From an uncultured Verrucomicrobiae bacterium (GTDB taxonomy: Bacteria > Verrucomicrobiota > Verrucomicrobiia > Chthoniobacterales > UBA10450): a DNA stretch of 64,000 bases. The stretch spans positions 32,001 to 96,000 of the forward strand of contig CAVYXA010000004.1 of NCBI GenBank assembly GCA_963772365.1, written 5' to 3'. The position numbers and the translations under genes were made by a program. The notes under the pieces are model-generated. The model had not been told where the DNA came from, made no database searches, and saw only the letters and a program-made list of their open reading frames with translations. Positions 10,800-20,958 of the stretch are shown in pieces. How positions within the stretch are numbered: the stretch's first letter is position 1; each line of letters starts with the position of its first letter.

Positions 10800-11953
10800 T
10801 CGGCAAGCTTTCAGTTTTTAGTTTTCAGATCTCAGCGCTTTTGGTTTGCGCAGCGATCACGATCTACGGCGCGGAACCACCGACGATCACCGTGAGCAAG
10901 AGCGATAAGATCAATCTCACAATTTCCACTTTAGGCGGAAGTGAAGGTGCGGCGGCAACCAAGACGTTGCAGAACGATCTCAATCTGTCTGGATATTTCG
11001 TGTTGAGCAGCAACGCTGCCTATACCGTGCACGGCTTGGCCAGCGGCGGAACGTTGCAGGGACGCATTGTCGATCATAGCGGGGGTACCGTTCTATCAAA
11101 AAGTTACAACGGCAGCGCTCGCGAGAATTCTCACCAATTCGCCGATGACATCATCGAAACGCTGAGCGGCAACAAAGGTTTTGCCGCGACCAAGATTGCC
11201 TTTATCGCAACACGAACCGGACACAAGGAAGTTTATGTTGCCGACTATGATGGATCGAACGCACGCCAGATGACGCACGACGGCGTCATCAGCGTGCATC
11301 CGTCGATCAGCCCGGACGGTCGCCGCATCGCTTACACGGGTTATCAAAGTGGCTACCCGGATGTGTACGTGATTGATCTCAGCAGCGGCGCACGAAATCG
11401 GATCGTAAATTTTCCGGGCACAAACAGCGGTGCAGCGTTTTCGCCGGACGGGAATCGCATCGCGCTCACAGTAAGCAGAGATGGAAATCCCGAGCTTTAC
11501 ACGGTTAGCGCGCGTGGCGGCAGCGCGCGAAGGTTAACGAGAACACACGGAATGGAATCGGGTCCAAGTTGGTCGCCCAACGGCGATGAAATTGTTTATT
11601 CGTTCGACGGAGGCAATGGACCGCAGCTTTACCGGATTTCATCCGGCGGCGGGAGCGGCTCGCATATTTCGACGGGATACGGTTATTGCACCGAGCCGAA
11701 TTGGTCGCCAGACGGAAAGAAAATTGCCTTTAATGTGCGCGGTGGTGGCGGATTTCAGGTCGCGATTGTCGATCCTAACGGCGGTGGCGCGCACATCGTA
11801 GGATCCGGCGAAAATCCCGTCTGGGGCGCGGATTCGCGCCACATCATGTGCACCCAGGACAGCGCGCTTTATCTGGTGGACACGGTAACAAGCCGCAAAA
11901 CGAAAATTCTCGACGGCCTCGGACGAATCACCGAGCCAAGTTGGTCGCGGTAA
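10796..11953 (+). CDS. tolB: TolB-like beta-propeller protein
   Basis: PD40 repeats (SPDGRRIAY, FSPDGNRIA, WSPNG, WSPDGKKIAF); HQFADDII N-terminal domain. Confidence 0.88.
   Translation: MIGKLSVFSFQISALLVCAAITIYGAEPPTITVSKSDKINLTISTLGGSEGAAATKTLQNDLNLSGYFVLSSNAAYTVHGLASGGTLQGRIVDHSGGTVLSKSYNGSARENSHQFADDIIETLSGNKGFAATKIAFIATRTGHKEVYVADYDGSNARQMTHDGVISVHPSISPDGRRIAYTGYQSGYPDVYVIDLSSGARNRIVNFPGTNSGAAFSPDGNRIALTVSRDGNPELYTVSARGGSARRLTRTHGMESGPSWSPNGDEIVYSFDGGNGPQLYRISSGGGSGSHISTGYGYCTEPNWSPDGKKIAFNVRGGGGFQVAIVDPNGGGAHIVGSGENPVWGADSRHIMCTQDSALYLVDTVTSRKTKILDGLGRITEPSWSR
10808..10835 (+). repeat. Heptamer repeat (TTTTCAG-like)x4 in the tolB signal-peptide region
   Basis: ctttcag tttttag ttttcag atctcag, encoding LSVFSFQIS. 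Confidence 0.6.
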
Positions 11954-11969
11954 TTTCTTCGCTGTAAAT

Positions 11970-12980
11970 TTACAACAGCGCCAGCGATTTGCCTTCGCGT
12001 CCAGTGACTTGATCCATGGTGCATTGGCGGGGCGATTTGTCGGGTCGCCAGCGGAGAAATTTCGTCCCGTGCCGGAACCGGCCGCCTGTGAAATGATCGT
12101 AGGCAACTTCGACTACACTCTTAGGTTCGACAGGTTCCCATTGGCCGCTTCTCTCAGTGCTCCAGCGACTCGGCCCGCCTGGCGCATTGCCGGTGAATCC
12201 CGGTGGGTTGCGCAATGCTTCAAATTTTTTTGTGAGCGAACGGCGTTCGCTTGCCTTGATTGCGGATGTGAAGCCAACATGATGAAGTAATCCATCATCG
12301 CCGTACAAACCGAGCAAAAGCGAGCCGAGAACTTTGCCGCTGCTGGCATAACGAAATCCGCCCACTACGCAATCCGCGCTCCGGATCTTTTTTACCTTCA
12401 CCATCGCGGTCCGTTCACCGGAAGCGTAGGGCAGATCGAGACGTTTTGCGATTACGCCATCGAGATCGCCGCCGGCTTTAGCAAACCATTTCTGTGCCTG
12501 CTTCAGGTTCGTCGTGGCTGGCGACAGTTTCACAGCCCCTGTGAGTTCGAATTTATCGAGCTGGACCCGCCGCACGCGAAGCGGCTGTTTTAAATACGAT
12601 TGTCGATCCTGCGCGAGCAGATCGAATACGACATAGATGGCCGGTTGTACTTTCGCTAATTTCGCAACCCGGCTGGCGGCGGGATGCAAACGCAATTGCA
12701 ATTCGTCAAAAGAAAGTCTGCCACCAACCGCGATTGCTAGCTCACCATCGACGACGAAATTCCGACCCGGCAATTTTCTCACCGATTCCACCACATCAGG
12801 AAAATAGCGCCCTAGCGGTCGTCCGTTTTTCGATTGCAGATAAACATCGTTCCCGTTTCGAAAAGCTATGCAGCGAAACCCATCCCATTTCGGTTCGTAC
12901 TGCCAATTATCACCGACTGGAATTTCCTCCACTGTGCGCGCCTCCATGGGCGGAAGAGGCGGTTTAATTGCAAATTTCAT
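11970..12980 (-). CDS. ATP-dependent DNA ligase, LigC-type
   Basis: Motif I EPKWDGFR, VDGEL, DGVIAK, KVK, ADCVVGGFR, FRHGTKFLRWRPDK. Confidence 0.92.
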   Translation of the reverse strand: MKFAIKPPLPPMEARTVEEIPVGDNWQYEPKWDGFRCIAFRNGNDVYLQSKNGRPLGRYFPDVVESVRKLPGRNFVVDGELAIAVGGRLSFDELQLRLHPAASRVAKLAKVQPAIYVVFDLLAQDRQSYLKQPLRVRRVQLDKFELTGAVKLSPATTNLKQAQKWFAKAGGDLDGVIAKRLDLPYASGERTAMVKVKKIRSADCVVGGFRYASSGKVLGSLLLGLYGDDGLLHHVGFTSAIKASERRSLTKKFEALRNPPGFTGNAPGGPSRWSTERSGQWEPVEPKSVVEVAYDHFTGGRFRHGTKFLRWRPDKSPRQCTMDQVTGREGKSLALL

Positions 12981-13638
12981 CCCGAGCGTAACGCCGTGGA
13001 GTCAATTTTGGCGGGCGCTTCCCATTTCGAATGGCTCCGGCGACGGGAATATATCGCAACTCCTGTCGATCGTGTGCGCATCGCAGCATCAAACCTCCGC
13101 GACTCATGTCGCCGCGTCCGATAAAATCTGCCGGGAAACAAAGCTTTTTCTGAAAATTGGCGAGAAGAACATCGACATATTTTCCGCTGGCAATGCTTCC
13201 GAGTAGAACAACGTCGGATGTAATGGATAATTTTCTCGCAAGGAGCCCGGCGTCTCGCTCGAGCGGTTTGCGATAGCGCGGATCGTTTTCGTCGATGTCG
13301 ATCTCGGCAAACTCGCGTAGATCCTCGAGTCGAATCCGCGTCTGAGCATCGACAAGTCCGCGTGTTGGTGTGATCACAAACACGGCGGAAGCGCCGTTAG
13401 CCGAACGCGCGAAAGTTTCCGCGTAGGCGATCTTGCCGCGGAAATAGAGTCCGCTCAAAAATGTAAACACCTCGGCAATGCTCGCTCCGCGCCTGCTCCG
13501 AAGTTTTTTCGCGAGATCAAATTTCGCAGTCTCTCTCAGGATCATCTGTGCGCGTCGGCCACCCGCGTAAGCCGGCGATAACAAAAAGATGCGGCTTTCA
13601 CCGGTTTGGCGAGCCTGGTCAGTTTCCGAATTTTTCAT
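12964..13638 (-). CDS. Hypothetical protein overlapping the ligase start
   Basis: Long ORF whose stop overlaps the ligase gene; contains LLSPA, LSGLYFRGK and GRGDMSRGG blocks. Start uncertain. Confidence 0.75.
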   Translation of the reverse strand: MKNSETDQARQTGESRIFLLSPAYAGGRRAQMILRETAKFDLAKKLRSRRGASIAEVFTFLSGLYFRGKIAYAETFARSANGASAVFVITPTRGLVDAQTRIRLEDLREFAEIDIDENDPRYRKPLERDAGLLARKLSITSDVVLLGSIASGKYVDVLLANFQKKLCFPADFIGRGDMSRGGLMLRCAHDRQELRYIPVAGAIRNGKRPPKLTPRRYARDEICN

Positions 13639-13742
13639 CCTCATTATCACCGCGCAATCTTCCGATTCGATCGCTCTGGTGCAAGTTTTCGCCTCGACCT
13701 AATTCTATCAAGTGTTGCCTTTAGGCCGCTGTTCGGAAAATA

Positions 13743-14699
13743 ATGAAAGGCATGCGCTGGCCTGTGAAACTGCAAGCCGATGATCGTGATGAATGGGAAC
13801 GGCGGTGCTCAACAAACGGGCATCAGCCTGATTTCATCTGCATCGGCGCCCAAAAGTCCGGGACTTCGTGGCTGTATCATCAACTTACATGCCACGCCGA
13901 TTTTTGGATGCCGCCGGTCAAAGAGCTGCACTACTTCGATCTGCTGAGCAAGTTCAAGCGGAAAAAACCTCCGCGTTGTCAGGACGAACGCGACCGCTGG
14001 TTCATGGAAAAGTTACTGGAGCTCACCCAACGGCCGTATCTCGATCTGGAAAGGTATTCGGGCTTGTTCCAATGCAAAGGGACGCTCCTGTGCGGTGATA
14101 TCACTCCAGGCTATTCAATTCTAAGCGAGGAAATCATCGAGCAGGTCATGGATTTTTTTCCAGATCTCAAGGTCATCTTTCTGGCCCGCGATCCAGTGGA
14201 GAGAGCGTGGTCGCAATTGTCGATGGACGTCCGGCTGGGAGGGGTTCGCTTGTCCGATCCCGCAGATGGCGATGAGGTCATCCGGAACTTGCGCAATCCC
14301 GCAGTTTTGCTGCGTTCGTTTCCAAGCAAAATTATTGCGCGTTGGCGCCGCTATGTACGGCCAGAATTGTTGCGGATTTATTTCTTTGACGATTTGGAGC
14401 GACAACCGGGGAAAGTTCGCGATGAGATCATCAGTTTCCTGGGGGGCGATCCAGAAAAGCCAAGCGGCCGAATCGCACCCGATTACAACACGAATCGCGG
14501 AAGCGAAAAATCTCGATTCACTGACCGAGTCCGTTCGCGCCTTGCCGATTTTTTTCAAGAAGAACTGAGAACCTGCGCATCAGAACTGGGCGGACCGGCG
14601 AAAAATTGGCCCGCACGGTACGGGTTTTCACTGCTTTGGTTCCTGCTTGATTTGGCGAATGATCTCGATCTCTTCGGCTGGTGCGATTCCTTTACCTGA
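13743..14699 (+). CDS. Sulfotransferase
   Basis: 5'-PSB loop PDFICIGAQKSGTSWL, KELHYFD, 3'-PB motif RDPVERAWS. Confidence 0.9.
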   Translation: MKGMRWPVKLQADDRDEWERRCSTNGHQPDFICIGAQKSGTSWLYHQLTCHADFWMPPVKELHYFDLLSKFKRKKPPRCQDERDRWFMEKLLELTQRPYLDLERYSGLFQCKGTLLCGDITPGYSILSEEIIEQVMDFFPDLKVIFLARDPVERAWSQLSMDVRLGGVRLSDPADGDEVIRNLRNPAVLLRSFPSKIIARWRRYVRPELLRIYFFDDLERQPGKVRDEIISFLGGDPEKPSGRIAPDYNTNRGSEKSRFTDRVRSRLADFFQEELRTCASELGGPAKNWPARYGFSLLWFLLDLANDLDLFGWCDSFT

Positions 14700-14777
14700 A
14701 GTCGTTGATTTTTTATTATCATCGCCTGGGCCGGGTCGAGATCACATTCCGTGAATTTGAGGCAGAGCGAATCGATC

Positions 14778-15176
14778 TCAATCGCCCGCAGACGTTGCAG
14801 AGAAGACGCCGCGGTTTTTTCTCTCCGCCCGGGTCCGATTCGCCTCGAGCTCAGCCAAATGTTTTTCTGACCATCGACAAAGCGCGTGCAATGGCTCGAT
14901 CAATGTTCGTCCGAGGCGAGTCAACGAATACTCAACCTTGGGCGGAACGACGGGGTGGACCTTTCGCTGGACTAGTCCGTCGCGCTCGAGACTTCGCAGA
15001 GTTTGAGTAAGCATCTTCTGCGAGATGCCGCCGATCTCACGCTGGAGCGTTGCGTAGCGCATCGTTCCGCGAGCGAGAATCTGGATGATGAGCGCGGTCC
15101 ATTTGTCCGCAATCCGATCGAGGACGAGCCGGGAAGGGCACTGCGGCTCCAGAACAGAGGGAGGGGATTTCGCCAT
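14778..15176 (-). CDS. HxlR-family winged-helix transcriptional regulator
   Basis: CPSRLVLDRIADKW, ISQKMLTQTLRSLERDGLV, PPKVEYSLT. Confidence 0.92.
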   Translation of the reverse strand: MAKSPPSVLEPQCPSRLVLDRIADKWTALIIQILARGTMRYATLQREIGGISQKMLTQTLRSLERDGLVQRKVHPVVPPKVEYSLTRLGRTLIEPLHALCRWSEKHLAELEANRTRAERKNRGVFSATSAGD

Positions 15177-15283
15177 GACTTTGTCTAGCCTACGGATAAA
15201 GCCAGAGCAACATCCCAGATGGAGTGTATGGGCAGCCTCGACATGTATTTGACGCAATGATGGGCTGCTTGGAAATTTGGGAT

Positions 15284-16339
15284 ATGCCAATTTATTTAAA
15301 GGAACCTGAAGCTCTCGACTTATTGCTCAGCGAGACAAATCCGGGAAGCCCTTCGCGCAGCGAAGCGGCTGCAGCCATGCCGAACGATGCAATGCTGTTG
15401 GACGAATATTCGCGAACCGTCGTGGACGCAGTGGACCGCGTCTCGCCAGCGGTGGTTAACATCGACATCAAACAGCGGCAGCACGGCCGCCGTGGAACAC
15501 GCGAAATCGGCGGCAGCGGATCAGGCTTCATCGTCGCGCCGGACGGATTCATTTTGACGAACAGCCATGTCGTCCATGACGCCACGGAGATCACGGTGAA
15601 TCTATCCGATGGTCGCGATTATCGCGCCCAACTCATCGGCGATGATCCCGATACCGATCTCGCCGTGATTCGCATCGACGCGCCGCAGCTGAAGCATGTT
15701 CGCCTGGCTGATTCGGAAAATTTGCGCGTCGGCCAGATCGTGATCGCGATTGGCAATCCGCTCGGTTTTCAGGCGAGCGTGACCGCAGGAGTGATCAGTG
15801 CGCTCGGGCGATCGATGCATTCGACGTCCGGGCGTTTGATCGACAATATCATCCAAACCGACGCTGCTTTGAATCCGGGAAACTCCGGCGGGCCGCTCGT
15901 CAATTCCACCGGCGAGGTGATCGGTGTCAACACGGCCATGATCCGTCCGGCCCAGGGCATCTGTTTTGCCATAGCCAGCAACACCGCGAAGTTTGTTGCC
16001 GGCTGGCTCATTCGAGACGGGCTGATTCGGCGCAGTTACATTGGCGTCGCCGGCCAAAACGTGCCGATTCATCGGCGCATCGTCCGGTTTTACAATTTTC
16101 AGGTTGAGACGGGCGTCTTGGTTGCGTCGGTCGAAAAGGCAAGCCCGGCAGCGCGGGCCGGTCTGCGTGAAGGGGACGTGATCGTGGCCTTCAATGACAA
16201 AGCAATCGGGAACATTTACGAGCTTCATAAGATTCTTATGGGTGACCAGATCGGCGTCCGCTCCGAGATCACTGTCATTCGGCACACAGAAAAATTGAAG
16301 TTGTCGATCTTGCCTGCGGAATCACCGCCGCGAATGTAG
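15284..16339 (+). CDS. HtrA/DegP-like trypsin serine protease with one PDZ domain
   Basis: GSGSGF, TNSHVV, DLAV, GNPLG, QTDAALNPGNSGGPL. Confidence 0.93.
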   Translation: MPIYLKEPEALDLLLSETNPGSPSRSEAAAAMPNDAMLLDEYSRTVVDAVDRVSPAVVNIDIKQRQHGRRGTREIGGSGSGFIVAPDGFILTNSHVVHDATEITVNLSDGRDYRAQLIGDDPDTDLAVIRIDAPQLKHVRLADSENLRVGQIVIAIGNPLGFQASVTAGVISALGRSMHSTSGRLIDNIIQTDAALNPGNSGGPLVNSTGEVIGVNTAMIRPAQGICFAIASNTAKFVAGWLIRDGLIRRSYIGVAGQNVPIHRRIVRFYNFQVETGVLVASVEKASPAARAGLREGDVIVAFNDKAIGNIYELHKILMGDQIGVRSEITVIRHTEKLKLSILPAESPPRM

Positions 16340-16343
16340 CGCG

Positions 16344-17627
16344 GTGAAGATCCTGGTCATCGGTTCCGGCGGGCGCGAGCACGCGCTGGCTTGGAAGCTG
16401 TCGCAATCGCCCGGAGTGGAGCGAATCTTTTGTGCGCCCGGAAACGCTGGCACGGCTGGACTGGGTGATAATCTGGATATCAAGGCCAACGATCTTTCCG
16501 CTTTGGTTCGCTTTGCCAAAGAAAATGCGGTGGACCTAACCGTCGTCGGTCCGGATGATCCGCTGGCCGCCGGCATCGTCGATCTCTTCCAGGCAGAAAA
16601 GCTACGCGTCTTCGGTCCTAGTAAATCGGCTGCCCGGCTGGAATCGTCGAAGATTTTTGCCAAGGAATTGATGCGCGCTCAAAAAATTCCGACCGCGGAA
16701 GCGAGGACTTTTTCGAAAAGCGACGAAGCGCTGAATTATTGCGAGCAGCTTGATTTTCCAATTGTGATCAAGGCCGATGGACTGGCTCTGGGAAAAGGTG
16801 TGATTATTGCGCCAGACGCAGCAACGGCACGATCGACAATCGAAGAAATGATGGCGCGCGGTCGATTCGGCGAGGCGGGCCGACGCATCGTGATCGAAAA
16901 ATTTTTGTCGGGATCGGAATGCTCGCTGCACGCCTTAGTTGATGGAAAAAACTATTTGTTGCTCGAATCGGCACGCGATCACAAACGGGCCTTCGATGAC
17001 GATCGCGGCCCGAACACAGGCGGTATGGGCGCGTCCAGTCCGGCCAGTAATTGGAGCACGGAATTGGAAACTCAATTTCAAAAAGCAATCATGTATCCGC
17101 TGCTGGATGGGCTGCGGTCGAAAGGAATTACTTTTCGCGGGCTGCTGTTTCCGGGACTCATGATCACGAATGGCAGCGCACGCGTTCTGGAGTTCAACTG
17201 CCGATTCGGCGATCCGGAGACGCAGGTTATTCTACCGCGAATGAAATCCGAGCTGCTTCCGCTTCTCGAGGCTACAATCGATGGAACGATCGGCAAATGT
17301 TCGGTCGAATGGGACGCCCGTCCTGCAGTGAGCGTCGTCCTGGCTTCCGGCGGGTATCCGGATAAATACGACACGGGCAAGCCGATTTCAGGGCTCGACG
17401 AAGCAGAGAAGCTTGATGATGTCCAAATTTTTCATGCCGGAACACGAAACGTTAATGGCCGAATTGTAACCGCCGGCGGCCGTGTGCTCGCGGTCACGGC
17501 GCTAGGATCGACAATCGAAGCCGCCCGGACTCGCGCCTACGAAGCCATTTCGCATATTCATTTTGATGGCATGCATTACCGGCGCGATATCGCCGTAAAT
17601 CGTGAATCTGCGGCGCGGATTGAGTGA
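16344..17627 (+). CDS. purD: Phosphoribosylamine-glycine ligase
   Basis: GSGGREHAL, KADGLALGKGV, GPNTGGMG, EFNCRFGDPETQ. Confidence 0.97.
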   Translation: MKILVIGSGGREHALAWKLSQSPGVERIFCAPGNAGTAGLGDNLDIKANDLSALVRFAKENAVDLTVVGPDDPLAAGIVDLFQAEKLRVFGPSKSAARLESSKIFAKELMRAQKIPTAEARTFSKSDEALNYCEQLDFPIVIKADGLALGKGVIIAPDAATARSTIEEMMARGRFGEAGRRIVIEKFLSGSECSLHALVDGKNYLLLESARDHKRAFDDDRGPNTGGMGASSPASNWSTELETQFQKAIMYPLLDGLRSKGITFRGLLFPGLMITNGSARVLEFNCRFGDPETQVILPRMKSELLPLLEATIDGTIGKCSVEWDARPAVSVVLASGGYPDKYDTGKPISGLDEAEKLDDVQIFHAGTRNVNGRIVTAGGRVLAVTALGSTIEAARTRAYEAISHIHFDGMHYRRDIAVNRESAARIE

Positions 17628-17658
17628 CTGTTAAACAAAGTATAGGTTTCTCACGCTA

Positions 17659-18816
17659 ATGTCTGTCTCTCGGCCGCTTACTTTCACCCTTCGATTTCCT
17701 GGCGCTTTAGCGGTCTTTTTCCTCGGCATCGTTTCCAGCGCGGAGATGCTGGCGCAGCCGCCAAGGCCATCTCCCGCCCGGCTGCCGACGCCAACCAAAT
17801 CGTCGGCGACACCATCTCCTTCACCACCCTCTACGCCGACGAAAGAGGAATTGATTAACGAACTGACGCCCGCTGATTTGCAATCGGCCATTGGATTTTT
17901 CAAAAACAATTTCGCAAACCCCGGCGCCCTGAGTGAAGTCGAACTGAATCGCGCGCTGGTGGAAGGATTGATGACACGTCACAATCGCGGGGCGATGCTT
18001 TTGCCCGCTGGCGCGAGCGCCTCCGGCAGTCCGCCGAGCCCATTTTACAGTGAGATTTTGGAAGGGCACATCGGCTATTTGCGTCTGGGAACGCTGAATT
18101 CTGCGAATCTTCAGGAACTCGATAAAGCCCTTCCGCAGTTTGTTTCGAAAAAGGTCGACGCGATCATTCTCGATCTTCGGGGCAGCTCTGAATCCAACGA
18201 TTTTGCAATCGCAGCGGAAATCGCGAATCGATTTTGTTCCCGAGGAAAACCGCTTTTTAGCTTGCATAAACCGGGGGCGCGCCAGGACAGAATGTTTAAT
18301 TCCGATCGCAATCCCGCATTTCAAGGATTGACCGTTGTGCTGACCGACGGCGAGACGGCAGGTGGGGCGGAAGCTGTCGCTGGCGCGCTGCGGATGAATG
18401 ACAAAGCCCTTATCATCGGTGAGCCGACGGCCGGTCGCGCGGCGGAATATTCCGACCTGCAATTGCCGAGCGGCAAGATTCTTCGCCTGGCGGCGGCGGA
18501 CGCGGTTTTGCCTGACGGCCAGCAATTATTTCCCGATGGAATCAAACCCGATGTGCCGGTGGAGATGTCGATAGTAAACAAGCGCCAGATTTTTCAGCTG
18601 AGCGCCCAAAACGGACTCGGCCCGTTTGTTTACGAAGCGGAACGGCCACATATGAATGAAGCAGCGCTTATCGCGGGGACGAACCCGGAACTAGACGCGG
18701 CCGAAGCCGAGCAGCGACGGCGGCAGCCCGGAGCGTCAAGACCCGCAGTGCACGATGTGGTTTTGCAGCGCGCTCTCGATCTGGTGACATCCGTCGAGAT
18801 TTATCAAAAACGATAA
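17659..18816 (+). CDS. S41 (tail-specific protease) family protein, probably non-catalytic
   Basis: IGYLRL, IILDLRG, IIGEPTAG, GIKPDV and DVVLQRA motifs; signal peptide. Confidence 0.78.
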   Translation: MSVSRPLTFTLRFPGALAVFFLGIVSSAEMLAQPPRPSPARLPTPTKSSATPSPSPPSTPTKEELINELTPADLQSAIGFFKNNFANPGALSEVELNRALVEGLMTRHNRGAMLLPAGASASGSPPSPFYSEILEGHIGYLRLGTLNSANLQELDKALPQFVSKKVDAIILDLRGSSESNDFAIAAEIANRFCSRGKPLFSLHKPGARQDRMFNSDRNPAFQGLTVVLTDGETAGGAEAVAGALRMNDKALIIGEPTAGRAAEYSDLQLPSGKILRLAAADAVLPDGQQLFPDGIKPDVPVEMSIVNKRQIFQLSAQNGLGPFVYEAERPHMNEAALIAGTNPELDAAEAEQRRRQPGASRPAVHDVVLQRALDLVTSVEIYQKR

Positions 18817-18817
18817 G

Positions 18818-19435
18818 CTAACTGGAAGAGCTCGCCTGGGCGTTGGGGGCTGAGGTTGGCTTTGGCGCAGTCGGCAGGCTGCGCGTGCGCAATTCCTCGA
18901 CGTTTGGCAATTCGTCCAGATTGCGCAAGCCGAAGTGATCCAGGAAGAATTGCGTCGTTTCGTAAAGAAGCGGACGACCCGGAATTTCCGCGCGGCCGGC
19001 AATTTTCACCAGACCGCGCTCCATCAATGTTTGGAGAACGCCATCGATGTTGACGCCACGGACAGCTTCCACATCGGCGCGGGTAATGGGCTGGCGATAA
19101 GCAATGATGGCCAATGTTTCCAAAGCTGGCGCGGTCAGGCGCGCGGGTTTGGGAGCAGGGAAAAGTTCACTCACCCAGCTCGCATAGCGAGGATCGGTGA
19201 TGAATTGCCAGCCACCGGCTTTTTCGGCCAATTGAAAACCGCGCTCCTGCTGAATGCATTCCACCTTCAATTCCTGTAATGCGGCCGCCACTTCCGGTTC
19301 CTTTATTTTTGCAAATTCATTAAGCGTAAGTTCATCCTCGCCGCCGGCACGCCGGAGAGTATCGACAATCTCCTTGGCTGAGATCGGTTTTTGTGCGCTA
19401 AACAGAAGCGCTTCGATGACGCGAATAAGACTCAT
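18818..19435 (-). CDS. scpB: SMC-Scp complex subunit ScpB
   Basis: IEALLF, ALETLAIIAYRQPITRADVEAVRGV, PGRPLLYETT. Confidence 0.95.
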   Translation of the reverse strand: MSLIRVIEALLFSAQKPISAKEIVDTLRRAGGEDELTLNEFAKIKEPEVAAALQELKVECIQQERGFQLAEKAGGWQFITDPRYASWVSELFPAPKPARLTAPALETLAIIAYRQPITRADVEAVRGVNIDGVLQTLMERGLVKIAGRAEIPGRPLLYETTQFFLDHFGLRNLDELPNVEELRTRSLPTAPKPTSAPNAQASSSS

Positions 19436-19449
19436 AAATCAAAAGCCTA

Positions 19450-19542
19450 GTCATCCCGAGCGCAGCGAAGCGGAGTAGAGGGACCCCGGTGCGTTGGCTT
19501 TCCGGTTTTGCAACGGGATTCCTCGGCTCCGCTCGGAATGAC
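19450..19542. repeat. GTCAT...ATGAC element (family C), intergenic
   Basis: gtcatcccgagcg...cgctcggaatgac inverted ends. Confidence 0.9.
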
Positions 19543-19547
19543 AGTCT

Positions 19548-20930
19548 TCATTTCACGCCAATGGCCGCTTCTATGACTTCCGCGATGCGGTTGGCTTGTT
19601 TGTCGATCTTATCGAAGTCGCGGCCTTCGATGAGCAATCGAATCTTTGGCTCGGTGCCGGAGTAACGCAATAGCACCCGCCCCTTCCCATCCAGTTCCCG
19701 TTCGATTTCATCCCGTAGTTTCACCAGACCGCGCAGCTCCTCAATCGGCGGTTTTATTTTCACAACGAGATTGCGCTGGGCTTGCGGATATTTCTTCAGA
19801 CAGCTTTTCAATTTGCTCAACGGCTGACCGCTCTCGTGCATAATCCTCAGGATTTGCAGCGCGCTGATGATGCCGTCGCCGGTTGTCGTGAAGTCGCGAA
19901 AAATAATATGGCCGCTCTGCTCACCACCCAAATTCAGGTTCTGTTTCATCATCTCCTCGATCACGTACCGGTCGCCCACTTTCGTCCGGACTACTTTGCC
20001 ACCGTGTACAGTCAACGTTTCATCAAGTCCGAAATTGCTCATCACCGTTGCGACCAGGACGTTGTCGCGAAGTTCTCCTCTGCTCAGAAGATCGACTGCC
20101 GCGATCGCGAGAATTTCGTCACCATCGACAATTTCGCCATTCTCATCGCAGAGCAGAACGCGGTCGGCATCGCCATCGTGGGTAATGCCCACATCCGCGC
20201 CAGCCATTTTCACGATCCGCTGAATCTCCTCGGGATGCGTGCTGCCGCATCCGTCGTTGATGTTCATGCCGTTAGGCTGGTTGTGGGCGATGGCAACATC
20301 GGCGCCGAGCTCGCGTAAAATGCACGGGGTCGATTTGTAAGCGGCGCCATTGGCGACATCCACCGCCACCCGCATTTCTTCGAGCGACATTTTCCTGGGG
20401 AAACTAGCCTTGGCGAATTCGATATAGCGGCCGAGGGCATCGTCGATCCTCGCGGCTCGGCCGATTTTCCCTGCCGTGGGTCGGACCGAATCAATCGCGC
20501 CGGTAAAGACGAGCTGCTCGATTTTTTCCTCGATCTGATCATCGAGTTTGTAACCATCGTGGCGGAAAAATTTGATGCCATTGTCCTCATAAGGATTGTG
20601 CGAAGCAGAAAGGACAATCCCGGCATCGGCGCGAAGCGATCGGGTAATGTAGGCCACGCCCGGTGTGGGCAGAGGTCCGATGACGAGAACATCGACACCG
20701 AGCGATGTGATCCCGGCCACGAGCGCATTTTCCAACATGTAACCCGAGAGACGAGTGTCCTTACCGAGAACAATTTTCGGACGCGTACCTCCGGGCGTCG
20801 TCCGCGGATTGAGTTGCGTAAAAACGTGCGCGGCAGCACGCCCCAATTTGAGCGCCGTCTCAGCAGTGACGGGCTCGACATTGGCCACGCCACGAACACC
20901 GTCGGTCCCAAAGATCTTTTTCGTCTGCAT
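19548..20930 (-). CDS. glmM: Phosphoglucosamine mutase
   Basis: FGTDGVRG, SASHNPYEDNGIKF, DGDADR, GGEQSGH, RYSGTEP. Confidence 0.96.
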   Translation of the reverse strand: MQTKKIFGTDGVRGVANVEPVTAETALKLGRAAAHVFTQLNPRTTPGGTRPKIVLGKDTRLSGYMLENALVAGITSLGVDVLVIGPLPTPGVAYITRSLRADAGIVLSASHNPYEDNGIKFFRHDGYKLDDQIEEKIEQLVFTGAIDSVRPTAGKIGRAARIDDALGRYIEFAKASFPRKMSLEEMRVAVDVANGAAYKSTPCILRELGADVAIAHNQPNGMNINDGCGSTHPEEIQRIVKMAGADVGITHDGDADRVLLCDENGEIVDGDEILAIAAVDLLSRGELRDNVLVATVMSNFGLDETLTVHGGKVVRTKVGDRYVIEEMMKQNLNLGGEQSGHIIFRDFTTTGDGIISALQILRIMHESGQPLSKLKSCLKKYPQAQRNLVVKIKPPIEELRGLVKLRDEIERELDGKGRVLLRYSGTEPKIRLLIEGRDFDKIDKQANRIAEVIEAAIGVK

Positions 20931-20958
20931 CTGTATCAGGCCGCCGCGCCGCGATAAT

